Shown here in pieces: positions 1-9,289 of a stretch of DNA of 14,645 bases. A model generated the notes under the pieces. That model saw nothing but the letters and a program-made list of their open reading frames with translations, did no database searches and was not told the DNA's origin. How positions within the stretch are numbered: the stretch's first letter is position 1; each line of letters starts with the position of its first letter. This DNA comes from Octopus sinensis. Its lineage: Eukaryota. The stretch is from NCBI RefSeq assembly GCF_006345805.1, contig NW_021825762.1, positions 1 through 14,645 on the forward strand. Direction: 5' to 3'. The translations under genes and the position numbers were made by a program.

Positions 1-232
1 TACATACATGCATACATACATACATACATGCCATACCTACTTACATACATGCATACATACATACATACATACAAACATTCATGCTATATACATACATACA
101 TGCATACATACATACATGCATACATACATACATATATGCATACATACATACATACATACATACATACATACAAACATACATACATGCATACATTCATGCA
201 TGCATACATACATACATACATACATACATACA
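1..232 (+). repeat. (TACA)n tetranucleotide microsatellite, imperfect
   Basis: Directly visible; TGCA, TAAA and TATA variants interspersed. Confidence 0.98.
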
Positions 233-571
233 CACAAAAATATCCTGTTCATGTTGTTGAAATTCCAATGAAAGATAGTTGGAACTAAGTTAGAAGCCGT
301 CTCTCTTTCTGTTGGCCAGAAATATTCTATTAAAACCGAATAATGACATTCATACATATTTTCTGCTAGTCATTATCACTAGCTTTGAATATTTTTCTTC
401 TTGTTTTATAAATCATAGCAAAACATACAGGTACAGTGTCTCCCATTTGAAACTCAATTCGCAAGTGCACCTTCCGTATGGACTGCATATGTACGGCGGA
501 ATTCCATTGTTATGATTAAATTTTCTTAGATGAAGCATATTAGACCCCTCAGATATAGTTTGACTAAATTT

Positions 572-622
572 AATATATATATGTGTGTATGTGTGTGTGT
601 GTGTGTCTGTGTGTTTGTGTGT

Positions 623-659
<37 letters not shown>

Positions 660-660
660 T

Positions 661-723
<63 letters not shown>

Positions 724-768
724 TGTGTGTGTGTTTGTCTGTGTGTGTGTCTGTGTTTGTGTGTGTGT
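572..768 (+). repeat. (TA)n/(TG)n microsatellite
   Basis: Directly visible, with TC and TT interruptions. Confidence 0.98.
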
Positions 769-1139
769 AACACTCTCTGTTTGGGCCCTCGAAATAAGTT
801 AATTTGAAATAAGCTACAAATAAATCTTACAGCCATGTCAGATATTTCAACAAAGTCCATAATTTTTCCTATTGTAATGGCGGGTTGCGTATGCAGCTGC
901 GCATGCTCTGTACAGCTTAAACATATGGCGGTCGTTTTAAACTCTCTATTATGCCGCTGAATCAAAAGATGAATTTGAAGATCTACCAGCGTCCGTATTC
1001 TCTGTAATTGTTTACGATTTACAACCAAGAAAATATTTGTAATCTAGAGAAGCGAATGCAGATTTACCCATCAGACTAATAATAGTGGGATAGTAAACAT
1101 TAATAATCTTTAATCTTTATTGCAGCTTGATGCTGTTAA

Positions 1140-1620
1140 CCGAAACCTTCGTTTATCTAACAAATATTCGACACACTCCAACATACTGTCATGAATCCTA
1201 CTGGATATAACGTGACGGTCACAACATCTCAGCCTTCTTACACACAGCATCTGTCTTTGCCCTGACTATATTTGCTCTCTTTACTCTCACATTTATGGGT
1301 GTTGTATTCGTTTCGCATGAAATGTATTCAGCTTCTAGGATCCATCCTGTCTTCGAGTCTGGTATGTTTACGTATATGAGTGAAAGAAATCGTCGTATTT
1401 GATGATCTCTGCTGCTGAAATGAGGCAATTTTTCTGGTTGATTTCATTTCTTATTCTTGTATATCAGCGTTTAGTGTATGATGTGTATGTTGTGGGCATC
1501 GAGTTTCATTTTGTATCTTATCTTGAAGAGAGGTGGGAATTTTGTGATATAGATTTAGGTTGGCAGGACCAATACTCATTTATACTGTCTTTTGAAGGAT
1601 TGATTGTGTAGTTTCCACAT
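1140..1620 (-). mobile_element. Decayed repeat, probably Penelope-like, homologous to 14120-14600
   Basis: About 70% ungapped identity by eye between 1146-1230 and 14127-14210, including the exact CCTTCGTTTATCT; patchy similarity continues for ~400 bp. Both copies translate to YVGVCR (YIG-like) and share an NL...IP..LQ segment. Confidence 0.4.
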
Positions 1621-2235
1621 TCTCAGAAGTCTTTAAACGAACATTTTGCGTTATTTCTAAAGTAGATGATAAATAGGTTTTATAAGTTATGAGGTAAGAA
1701 TGGAACGGAAAGCTTTTTCTCATTAATACGGCAAATAAAATGGTTGTTGTAGAAGGAACTGGTCGTTGTTGTTGTTGAAGCGATCGTTGTTTTGTGCTAA
1801 ATAATGTGGTGGTTCATGGTCCTTTTTTAGAATCTGAGTTGTAATTTCAAAAGCAAGATGTCTGAGATAGTAGCGTCAAGTATTAGATTTTCTAAGGCTG
1901 TGAAAAACAAGCTGATATATGTCTATGCTGGTACTATATTTAGGTTTTTCTGAATAATGAGGCAGAAGACAAAATACTGTTAACCGAAATAGCATTTTAT
2001 TTAACATTAATTTGACAAATTGAAATCTTACAAAATGTTTTTCTAGAACTGTTCCGACAGATTTAGATTTTTTTCTCATGATATTTCTGGCTTTCTACTT
2101 CGCCTCTTTTGTATGGTTTTCAATATCTTCTGATATACCAGTTTCTTTTAACGATAGACATACTTGAAAGAAAATATTAGGTAAGAATTCATATCATTTT
2201 TGTAATTCACAGACATATTTTCCTATGGAAACGAA

Positions 2236-2241
2236 TTTAAT
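2236..2241 (-). promoter_or_regulatory. Candidate polyadenylation signal ATTAAA (alternative AATAAA at 1996-2001)
   Basis: Hexamers just downstream of the reconstructed stop on the gene strand. The region is AT-rich, so chance matches are likely. Confidence 0.25.
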
Positions 2242-2247
2242 TTCTAT

Positions 2248-2745
2248 TCAATATTTACTGCACCCACGCAGGTTAATTCTTGACCATTGACATACGTGGA
2301 CATGGCAATGAACCACAAGCAGCCTGAACGAAATATAATACAGCTCCATTTTCGTTCTCTGTAACCTGCTGGATCAGCTTCTGGTGCATAATCCAACACA
2401 CATATTCTAGTCTGCCCCTTTTCTGCGTGAAGACTGGAATCAAATATCCTGAATACTCAGCTGTCCAACCAGGGTAACACTGTGTCCTGGCTGGTAACAT
2501 CTAAACAACAGCAGGTTGTCGTGTCAAACAGACAGCGCACGGAACGTTGTGATTATGAAGTGATTTAGCATTAGCAAAGGAAAAGAGTTTATTAGTTGGG
2601 TAATGACCTAATTCATATTCACTGCCATGAATGTAACCACCTTTTTCAAATTCTGTCGTATAATTGGCCCAAATGGGATCGTTGGGTAGACACAAGAGAT
2701 TACTTCCGCCACCAGTATGGGTAAAATGTTGTCCACCAACCACAC
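2248..2745 (-). CDS. Terminal coding exon 5, C4-like domain body; in-frame TAG and about six indels
   Basis: Acceptor cctag|GT GTG GTT. ORFs 2743-2501 and 2500-2273 are in the same frame, separated by TAG (2501-2503). Inferred lesions: -1 near 2439, +1 near 2416, -1 near 2395, +1 near 2357, -1 near 2296, -1 near 2263. Correcting them restores GYL(M)SSLHAEKGRLEYVC(L)DYAPEADPAGYRNENG...CP(P)YVNGQELTCV(V)CSKY-TGA (stop at 2248-2250). Confidence 0.9.
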
Positions 2746-2880
2746 CTAGGATTCGTAAGAATAAATCAAGTAAGTAAGATGTTAAGCAAAATTATATATG
2801 AAATAACGGAAACATTCATTACAGTTTGACCCTTAAAAGAAGTCATGTTTAGTCACGTGTGAACGAATTGTGGTGTATAT

Positions 2881-2914
2881 ATGTTAGTGTTTATGTTAGT
2901 GTTTATGTTAGTGT
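2881..2914 (+). repeat. 12-bp tandem repeat ATGTTAGTGTTT, about 2.8 copies
   Basis: Exact copies at 2881 and 2893; partial copy at 2905. Confidence 0.9.
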
Positions 2915-2959
2915 ATGCTGTGTTTATATATTTGTGTCTTTGTGTTTGTGTTTATGTCT

Positions 2960-3650
2960 GTGTGTGTGCGGGTAAGTATTTGTGGTTGTGATGTGTATTG
3001 CATGGGGTAGATGTGTGTGTGTGGATGTCAATAAACGAGAGAAGGAAAGGGATTTTGTACGCATGTGGTAGTGATTTCCCGAATGGAAAAGATGTCGTTC
3101 CGTTTGAACGGGAAAATTGTTGGTGATGTGAATTGCATGTGGTTTGAGTAGAACAATACGAGAGACGGCGAGATGCAGAGAACTGGTGGGTAAGAGGGGA
3201 TGAAATACTGTTTAGCCGACCATACGGGTTGTGGCTGGCTATATCCATCGGTTCGTCTCGGACGAGTCAGCCCTACCACGAGACGGGCCTACCACATACT
3301 ATAATATTATGATCACACAGATTTTATTTCATGCAAAGCATGAACTGAGGTGGGGTGAATTTTGAAGCTCATTGATGGCGTAGTGCTTAAGAAGAATGGA
3401 CAGCGGAGAGGCGACCAATAAAGGATATGTGTAGGGTTTATAGAGAGCAGATTCACAAAGGATATGAGGTTGGTTGGAGAAGATGTGGGAAGAAGTAGCT
3501 TTGAATTGGATGTGCCGGTGTTACCTTACAAAGATACACTGGAGAATTAATGAGGCGAGGTGTTGCATGAAAAGAGATAGGTTTGAGGGATAGGACGATT
3601 TTGGTGAGGTGGAGAAGAATAGTAGTGCAATATGTACTCACTGGGGTTCT
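2960..3650 (-). mobile_element. Highly decayed Penelope-like element (RT, linker, pre-endonuclease segment)
   Basis: TTILLHLTKIVLSLKPISF resembles PLE RT 'LLRLxELVLTLNxFSF'. SYPPVLC..HMQFTSPTIFP resembles the 'TYHP...IFP' linker, and TPCN resembles 'xPCN'. The order is collinear but each match is weak. Confidence 0.45.
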
Positions 3651-4331
3651 CTCAGTGGTACTTCATCCCTCCATATTTTGCATAATACATACGACCCTAA
3701 GTTAGCTATTCCATTAATTACAGTGTGTGGCCTGTCCAGTCCACATTGTACATTCTGCGTTCATTTCATTAACACAAACATTCATTCATCAATGCTAAGA
3801 GACCTTGTTCAATGTAGTCTATAACTACAATCAATAGACACTCTAGTTAATGATAGTCAAGTGGCCACATTTAAGCTCTGGTCACTCACGTACATACCAC
3901 CAGCCGTAGCCAGTACACTTGATCACCAGTTAGCAGACTCGGTATTTGATATCTACACTCCATACAATTCAGCCAAGAGTCCTTGATCGCTATACTGGAT
4001 TCCAGTCTAGTCCCTATCTATAATTTAACGTAGAGATATCTATATTCTGAGGTTAGACAACATCCTTTTCACCTGGTCCATATTAGACCACATTTGAATT
4101 CTGATTTGACCAAATACCTACAAAGGAGTAAGCAATCTTGTGCAGTCTCTGTAGGGTCTATAGGTATCGTTACAAACGTGATATATCACATGATTTGCTT
4201 GAGTGTGCGTGCGTGTGCGTGTGAGAAGCGGGAAGAGAGGGGGCGACACAAAGAGAAAATGAGAGGAATAAAAAGAGAAGAAGAGAAAGACAAAATGAGA
4301 AAGAGTGAACAGAAGTATAGATTATACTAAC

Positions 4332-4406
4332 CGTCATATACAAGGTTTGAATAAGGAGGACAACTTGTTCTGCCCCACCGGGTATACAATGATCCGGGAC
4401 CGGGTT
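4332..4406 (-). CDS. Coding exon 4 (75 nt, phase 1 to 1), start of the C4-like domain
   Basis: Acceptor ttttaaatttcacag| and donor GACG|GTTAGT. Encodes PGPGSLYTRWGRTSCPPYSNLVYD(G), the family's YxRWGRxxCP...LVYxG motif. Confidence 0.9.
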
Positions 4407-4593
4407 CTGTGAAATTTAAAATGAAATAATTTTGTTTAAAAGAAAGAATTCTTGAATCCTATACAAAGGATGTTGTTGGCTTGGAAGGAATTGATAGAGA
4501 GGAGAGAAATTTAGAATTTAAGAGAAAAAGAATGAGTGAATGATAAAATCAGAATGAAAGAAGTAAATGATTCGCTAAGAATAAATTTTAAAC

Positions 4594-4691
4594 GAAGAAA
4601 ATTAGTCGTTTGTCTATTGAGCCTGTTGTTGACGTTGATGTCAACGAATTGAGAGATTAATCTCAGAATATCAGAATGTGTATTTGGCTCC
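4594..4691 (-). CDS. Coding exon 3 (98 nt, phase 2 to 1), helical stalk
   Basis: Acceptor ccgttcataag| and open frame EPNTHSDILRLISQFVDINVNNRLNRQTTNFL(Q). The donor C|GTTTAA is weak but is the only phase-1 GT that joins this frame to exon 4 before its stop. Confidence 0.6.
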
Positions 4692-4733
4692 CTTATGAAC
4701 GGATGTTTGTTTTGTAGTTGAACTTGGATGTGA

Positions 4734-4736
<3 letters not shown>

Positions 4737-4779
<43 letters not shown>

Positions 4780-4783
4780 TATA
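4737..4783 (+). repeat. (TA)n left of the SINE
   Basis: Directly visible. Confidence 0.97.
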
Positions 4784-4789
4784 TTTACA

Positions 4790-5205
4790 CTTTTTCTTTT
4801 ACTCTTTTATTTGTTTCAGTCATTTGACTGCGGCCATGCTGGAGCCACCGCCTTTAGTCGAGCAAATCGACCCCGGGACTTATTCTTTGTAAGCCCAGTA
4901 CTTATTCTATCGGTCTCTTTTGCCGAACCGCTAGGTGACGGGGACGTAAACACACCAGCATCGGTTGTCAAGCAATGCTAGGGGGACAAACACAGACACA
5001 CAAACACACACACATACATATACATATATATATACATTTATACGACAGGCTTCTTTCAGTTTCCGTCTACCAAATCCACTCACAAGGCATTGGTCGGCCC
5101 GGGGCTATAGTAAAAACACTTGCCCAAGGTGCCACGCAGTGGGACTGAACCCGGAACCATGTGGTTGGTTAGCAAGCTACTTACCACACAGCCACTCCTG
5201 CGCCT
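4790..5205 (-). mobile_element. Full-length tRNA-derived SINE (octopus-type, CORE-like central segment, internal CA/TA tract, conserved 3' tail)
   Basis: A-box TGGCTGTGTGG (5184-5194), B-box GGTTCAGTCCC (5141-5151), then ACCTTGGGCAAG (CORE-like). Tail ends ...CAGCATGGCCGCAGTCAAATGACTGAAACAAATAAAAGAGTAAAAGA. (TA)n lies on both sides. Confidence 0.85.
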
Positions 5206-5217
5206 ATATATATATAC

Positions 5218-5315
<98 letters not shown>

Positions 5316-5343
5316 TATACATATATATATACATTATATATAT
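5206..5343 (+). repeat. (TA)n right of the SINE
   Basis: Directly visible. Confidence 0.97.
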
Positions 5344-5359
5344 TTGTGACAATAAAAAT

Positions 5360-5945
5360 GATTAAGTTCTTTTATAGATATGTTGGCAATATTATCAATT
5401 CTTGGCCACCTGATTGGCCATTTACGAATATCAGCTTGGTGTTTGGCGCGAAGAGAGTCCGTTTCCTTCCAGAAGACTAGTATGGCCACCCCAATTATGT
5501 GTGTGGGGCGATTCCACCCAATCAATACTTCTGCGGTTATCAGCGCCAAAGTGTGCACGGAAGTCTCCTTGTAAGACAAATGACTTTTTACCCCAAATAT
5601 ATCCAAAGCTGCAATGACTTGTTAAGGAAGCATTTGTATTTGGCCTCGCTATTGGGTGCATTTACTTCCAGCAGCTACACCACTCCTTCATTCTGCTTGA
5701 GCTTCAGGAGGTATCCCTTAATACGCAGTGGGATTCACTTCATAATCCAATCCGAAAGCCAGGGATTGTGAGCATCCCACTTCCGCCTGTGCTGACATAG
5801 TTGGCACAAAACCTGCACGGTAGAGTTTCCAACCTACTTCCAAGTGTATGCCTCCGAAGTAACGAAGCTTTCTTGAGAAGACATCGATTATATATAACAG
5901 GCAGCGTTTTGTATCGTCCGGTTTTGACAGTCTAATTCTCAATTA
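5360..5945 (-). mobile_element. Degenerate RTE-clade LINE, apurinic endonuclease (APE) fragment
   Basis: Frameshifted translation gives YIIDVF...GWKLYRAG...MSAQAEVG, LLEVNAPNSEAKYKCFL and FVLQGDFRAHFGAD. These match RTE endonuclease motifs (GWKLFYSG, AQAGVG, VYAPN, LLGDFNAHVG). Confidence 0.85.
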
Positions 5946-6019
5946 TGAACGGTTGATCCCTTCTGGACCTGCTACGTGGTTTGGAAGACGCATATTTTGT
6001 ATTCCATCCCAATGCATCT

Positions 6020-7620
6020 CAGATTGAGTTGGGTGGAGACTGCAATATATTTTCCGAATAGTCTCCTCCACTCAAGATCCGGACGCAACTGCTTTTATCC
6101 CACTCGATGGATGATGCGGTATGGCTATTCCTTCGAGCCCTTAGCGTACTGTACGTATATGCAGCAAAATGCGAATTCAAATACAAATCCTTCCTAAACA
6201 AATTCACCTCAGCTTTAGATATATTTGGGGTAAAGTCATTTGTCCTGCAAGGAGACTTCAGTGCACACCTTGGCACTGATAACCGTGAGAAGGATTGATT
6301 GGAAGGAATGTCGTCAGTGAACTTAATGGAGAGGTCATAGTAGACTTCTGTGCAGGACACACACTCTCCTCTCTATGGTATAGATATTATTTTAAGACAG
6401 GGATATTTATAAGGGTGTCTGGTATAGAAATACTTGGTGACAGAGGTTTCTGATAGATTTCGGTCATCTTTCACTCTTTGCTGAACGTTCGGGTAAAAGG
6501 AAGGGTGGAGTTGTCAACTCGTCACTACCTAAATGTCTAAAAACCTGAAAATTCCTACAGTCTGCCGAACACTGGAAATTGGTAAGTCTAGTGCGACCTA
6601 CAGAATACAATTGGAAGCCGCAGTGGATGCTGGGATCAGAAACGAAAATGTGGAGACTTTGCATCCAAATTGAGAGTGACCCGCCTGTATGAAGTTGGAC
6701 CTCGAAATGGGTTCGTGATTGTATTATTTTTCGGCAGGTTCTTCTTCGGTTGAACGCTTATTTGAGCTAAATTCACTTAAAAGTGGTAAAACCGCTGGTG
6801 AAATGTACGTCCGGCTTGATATTTTAGAAACCTTAAATACAGATGTTATTCTCTGAGTGACCCATGTCAGCTAGGTGGATTGGACCACTGGAAAAATCAC
6901 CAAGGCAATGGTAATATGGGGAGATAATCACAATTTATTTCAAACAGAGACCAAAGAGTGTGTTCTAATTATCAAAAAGTCTACACTAGATGACAGGAAA
7001 TGATACATAGGGAAATTGTCGTGCCCAAGATTACTGTCCTTGACGCAGTACACCCGACCAGAGATTCGTTCAAAACAGATCTGTAAACCACGAAAAAGCA
7101 CACGTTCACGTGCCCTGGGGCATGTTGCGTATGGTTTACCAGAAAGGTGAGTTCAATGGGAAAATACTGGTTGCCATAAAGTACTTATATGGATGTTCAA
7201 ATGTTTGTATTTATGTAAAAGTCGAAAGTTTTCAACGTGAAGGATTCATTTAGTTGAAGTGTGCATTGTTAGTGCCCCTTCTCACATTCTTTTTTGTGAC
7301 CTGGTTGAATAGGCGCAGCCATTGAGGTCGAGGTATCCCAATTCATCTCTACGTGATCGGTCGACTGTTATTTGTAGACGACATGCTGCTACCTGATTCG
7401 TCTGATGGTCACCAACAACGTGCACTGAATTGGTTGGCTGCCGAGTACCCAAAGGCAGAATTGTCAAATACGCACTGTGTAGGGAAGTGGAACATCATTA
7501 TTTCGGGTCTCTATTCACGAACGATTGGAAGCACAAGAGTGGACAGAATGCTGAATTGTATATATAAACGCAGTGAAGCGCCAGCTCGGGCATTTGATTC
7601 TCAGATGAAGAGGGCTTGGT
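6020..7620 (+). mobile_element. Degenerate RTE-clade LINE, endonuclease through reverse transcriptase
   Basis: Motifs appear in order: LYVYAAK..FVLQGDFSAHLGTD; WYRN..QRFLIDF; VRVKGRVELSTRHYL; DQRVCSNY; REIVVPK; EKAHVHVPW; RLLFVDDMLL (FVDD at 7371-7382, equivalent to catalytic FADD). Many stops and deletions. Confidence 0.9.
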
Positions 7621-7873
7621 AGAATTCTCGACGTATCGTTGCATATATACTCATATACACACAATAAATGGCATAGTATATTAAAGTAACATTATATTTA
7701 GGAAATTATTGCAAAGTAGAATATATTTTGAAATAAATTCAGGCAAGTGTCTTAGTATATGCTATGGTGGACATATGGATAGTATTGTGGCACTAATTCA
7801 AAGTTGGTGAAATAAGAAATCATTAGTTAATGAGTCACGGGTAAAAGACTTTAGCAATAAAATTAGTTCTTAC

Positions 7874-7923
7874 TTGGGTGTCATCAGTTTATCGTCGAGG
7901 GATTTCTTGGAGATGAAACGGTT
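7874..7923 (-). CDS. Coding exon 2 (50 nt, phase 0 to 2)
   Basis: Strong acceptor tttctattttttttacag| and donor CCCAA|GTAAGA. Open frame NRFISKKSLDDKLMTP(K); it bridges exon 1 (phase 0) to exon 3 (phase 2). Confidence 0.7.
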
Positions 7924-8009
7924 CTGTAAAAAAATAGAAATAGCATCATATAAATAGAACTTCAGAGTATTTATTATCGTTTAGAACGTAAAACAATGCA
8001 ATAGATGAC

Positions 8010-8620
8010 AACATATTCGGACAGGTATCATTGACAACACTACCATCTCAACCCCTTAGGAATCTTCTAGAAGGCGCTTCAATCCAGTCAAAGGATTTTC
8101 TGAACGATATCAGACAATACAACTTTGCATTTCAAATGACATCTTTTGGTGAATCTAAGAAGATAGATAAACAGGAATTTACGCCGACGTCAAAGTTCAA
8201 GGGCAAGTCTATCCCCTCAATGGTTCCCTGGTACCCGCGAATGAACAACCACAGTTCCTCTAAATTTACTCTATGAGTGATGTAGGACAAGAAACCCGAC
8301 GTGTGGTGTCAAAATTTTCGATGATGGGTCGTGTTAGACACAGCGCACACTGCTGCAAAGGAGAGTATATCCACTGACAGCTTTTCGGTGCGTTCAAAAA
8401 TCACAGAAACTCCACATCCAATTTTGCATGACAGGTTAGGGCCTGAAACACTCCAAACGGACACATAGCATGTTGCTTAGTCGAATTAGCCCAGCATTTA
8501 CTCTACAAATGTTTTGTTGTCAATGTTGCACTTTCCCATATCACCTGTTTCAAAATGACTCGAATATATTATATACCAACTTTCCCGTTTTTATCCCCAG
8601 CAATGTCGGGTATGTCTGCT

Positions 8621-8622
<2 letters not shown>
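8010..8622 (+). mobile_element. Internally deleted Helitron remnant with intact-looking 3' terminus
   Basis: YNFAFQMTSFG (8118-8150), then after a frameshift KVQGQVYPLNGSLVP..PQFL*IY (Helitron Rep/helicase N-terminal region). Later helicase-end-like pieces follow (CKGE, FCMT, VALS). Terminal decayed hairpin CCCAGC-AAT-GTCGGG (8596-8610) lies 8 nt before CTAG (8619-8622), followed by T. Confidence 0.85.
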
Positions 8623-8623
<1 letters not shown>

Positions 8624-8666
<43 letters not shown>

Positions 8667-8683
8667 CACATACATATTTCTAC

Positions 8684-8719
<36 letters not shown>

Positions 8720-8757
8720 TTATATTTATATAGACACACACACATGTATATATATAG
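8624..8757 (+). repeat. (CA)n-(TA)n compound microsatellite abutting the Helitron end
   Basis: Directly visible. Confidence 0.97.
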
Positions 8758-8860
8758 TTAAATTTAATCCAAATAAGAAAGCACAAAGAAACACAACAAC
8801 GCACGGACGTGGAACAAAGATAGTATTATTGGACGTTCAGGAAAGAAGGAAAGAAGGAGG

Positions 8861-8895
8861 GTTTAACGTTTCGAGCGGAGCTCTTCGTCGGAAAC
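8861..8895 (-). ncRNA. Minimal type I hammerhead-ribozyme-like motif (Penelope-type), within a ~8790-8990 repeat fragment
   Basis: Minus strand reads GTTT-CCGACGA-A-GAGC-TCC-GCTC-GAAAC-GTT-AAAC. Stem I is GTTT/AAAC, stem II is GAGC/GCTC and stem III is the loopless palindrome ACGT. The core differs from CUGANGA at U4 (C) and the cleavage triplet is GUU. Confidence 0.55.
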
Positions 8896-9039
8896 ATACG
8901 AGAAGGAAAGATACTGAGAAGGGAAGACAGAGGAAAAAAGATCGCCAACGGTACACACGCGCCCACATTTTGAATGACCGTAAAGAAATGGGTGAAGAAA
9001 AGTTCTTTCAAAGACAGGAGAGTGGTAGAGGAGGAAGAA

Positions 9040-9123
9040 TGTGTGTGTAAGTGTGGTTATGTGCGGACGCGGAGGTCTGCGTGTGCGTGTGTGTGTATGT
9101 GTGTATGTGTGCAAAGTTGACAC

Positions 9124-9155
<32 letters not shown>

Positions 9156-9180
9156 GTGTGTGTATGTGTGTGTGGTTGTG
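9040..9180 (+). repeat. (TG)n microsatellite
   Basis: Directly visible. Confidence 0.95.
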
Positions 9181-9289
9181 GCTGTTAATCTTTGCGTGGT
9201 GTAGGGCTAGTAGTGTTAAGGTCAAGGAAGAAGGAATTGGGCGTGGCTCCTTTTGTCTCTACCCAGGTCAAGTAGTAGGTAATGCTAGT

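Noticed and set aside
2078-2186. Plus-strand ATG with a signal-peptide-like stretch (MIFLAFYFASFVWFSISS) and donor AG|GTAAGA at 2181
   Set aside because: An in-frame TGA occurs before the donor, and T-rich DNA gives hydrophobic translations by chance.
3700-4200. Higher-complexity intronic stretch that may be an old LINE or other repeat
   Set aside because: No recognisable motif in the frames examined; left unannotated.
4094-4330. 78-aa ORF with a K/E/R-rich tail
   Set aside because: Driven by a GA-rich tract, antisense to intron 4; no coding signal.
4628-4645. Inverted repeat GTTGAC-N6-GTCAAC
   Set aside because: Short, inside exon 3 and explained by the V-D-I-N-V-N codons.
5140-5205. tRNA-like sequence (also 10285-10350)
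   Set aside because: A and B boxes run into SINE bodies with no acceptor stem; these are SINE heads, not tRNA genes.
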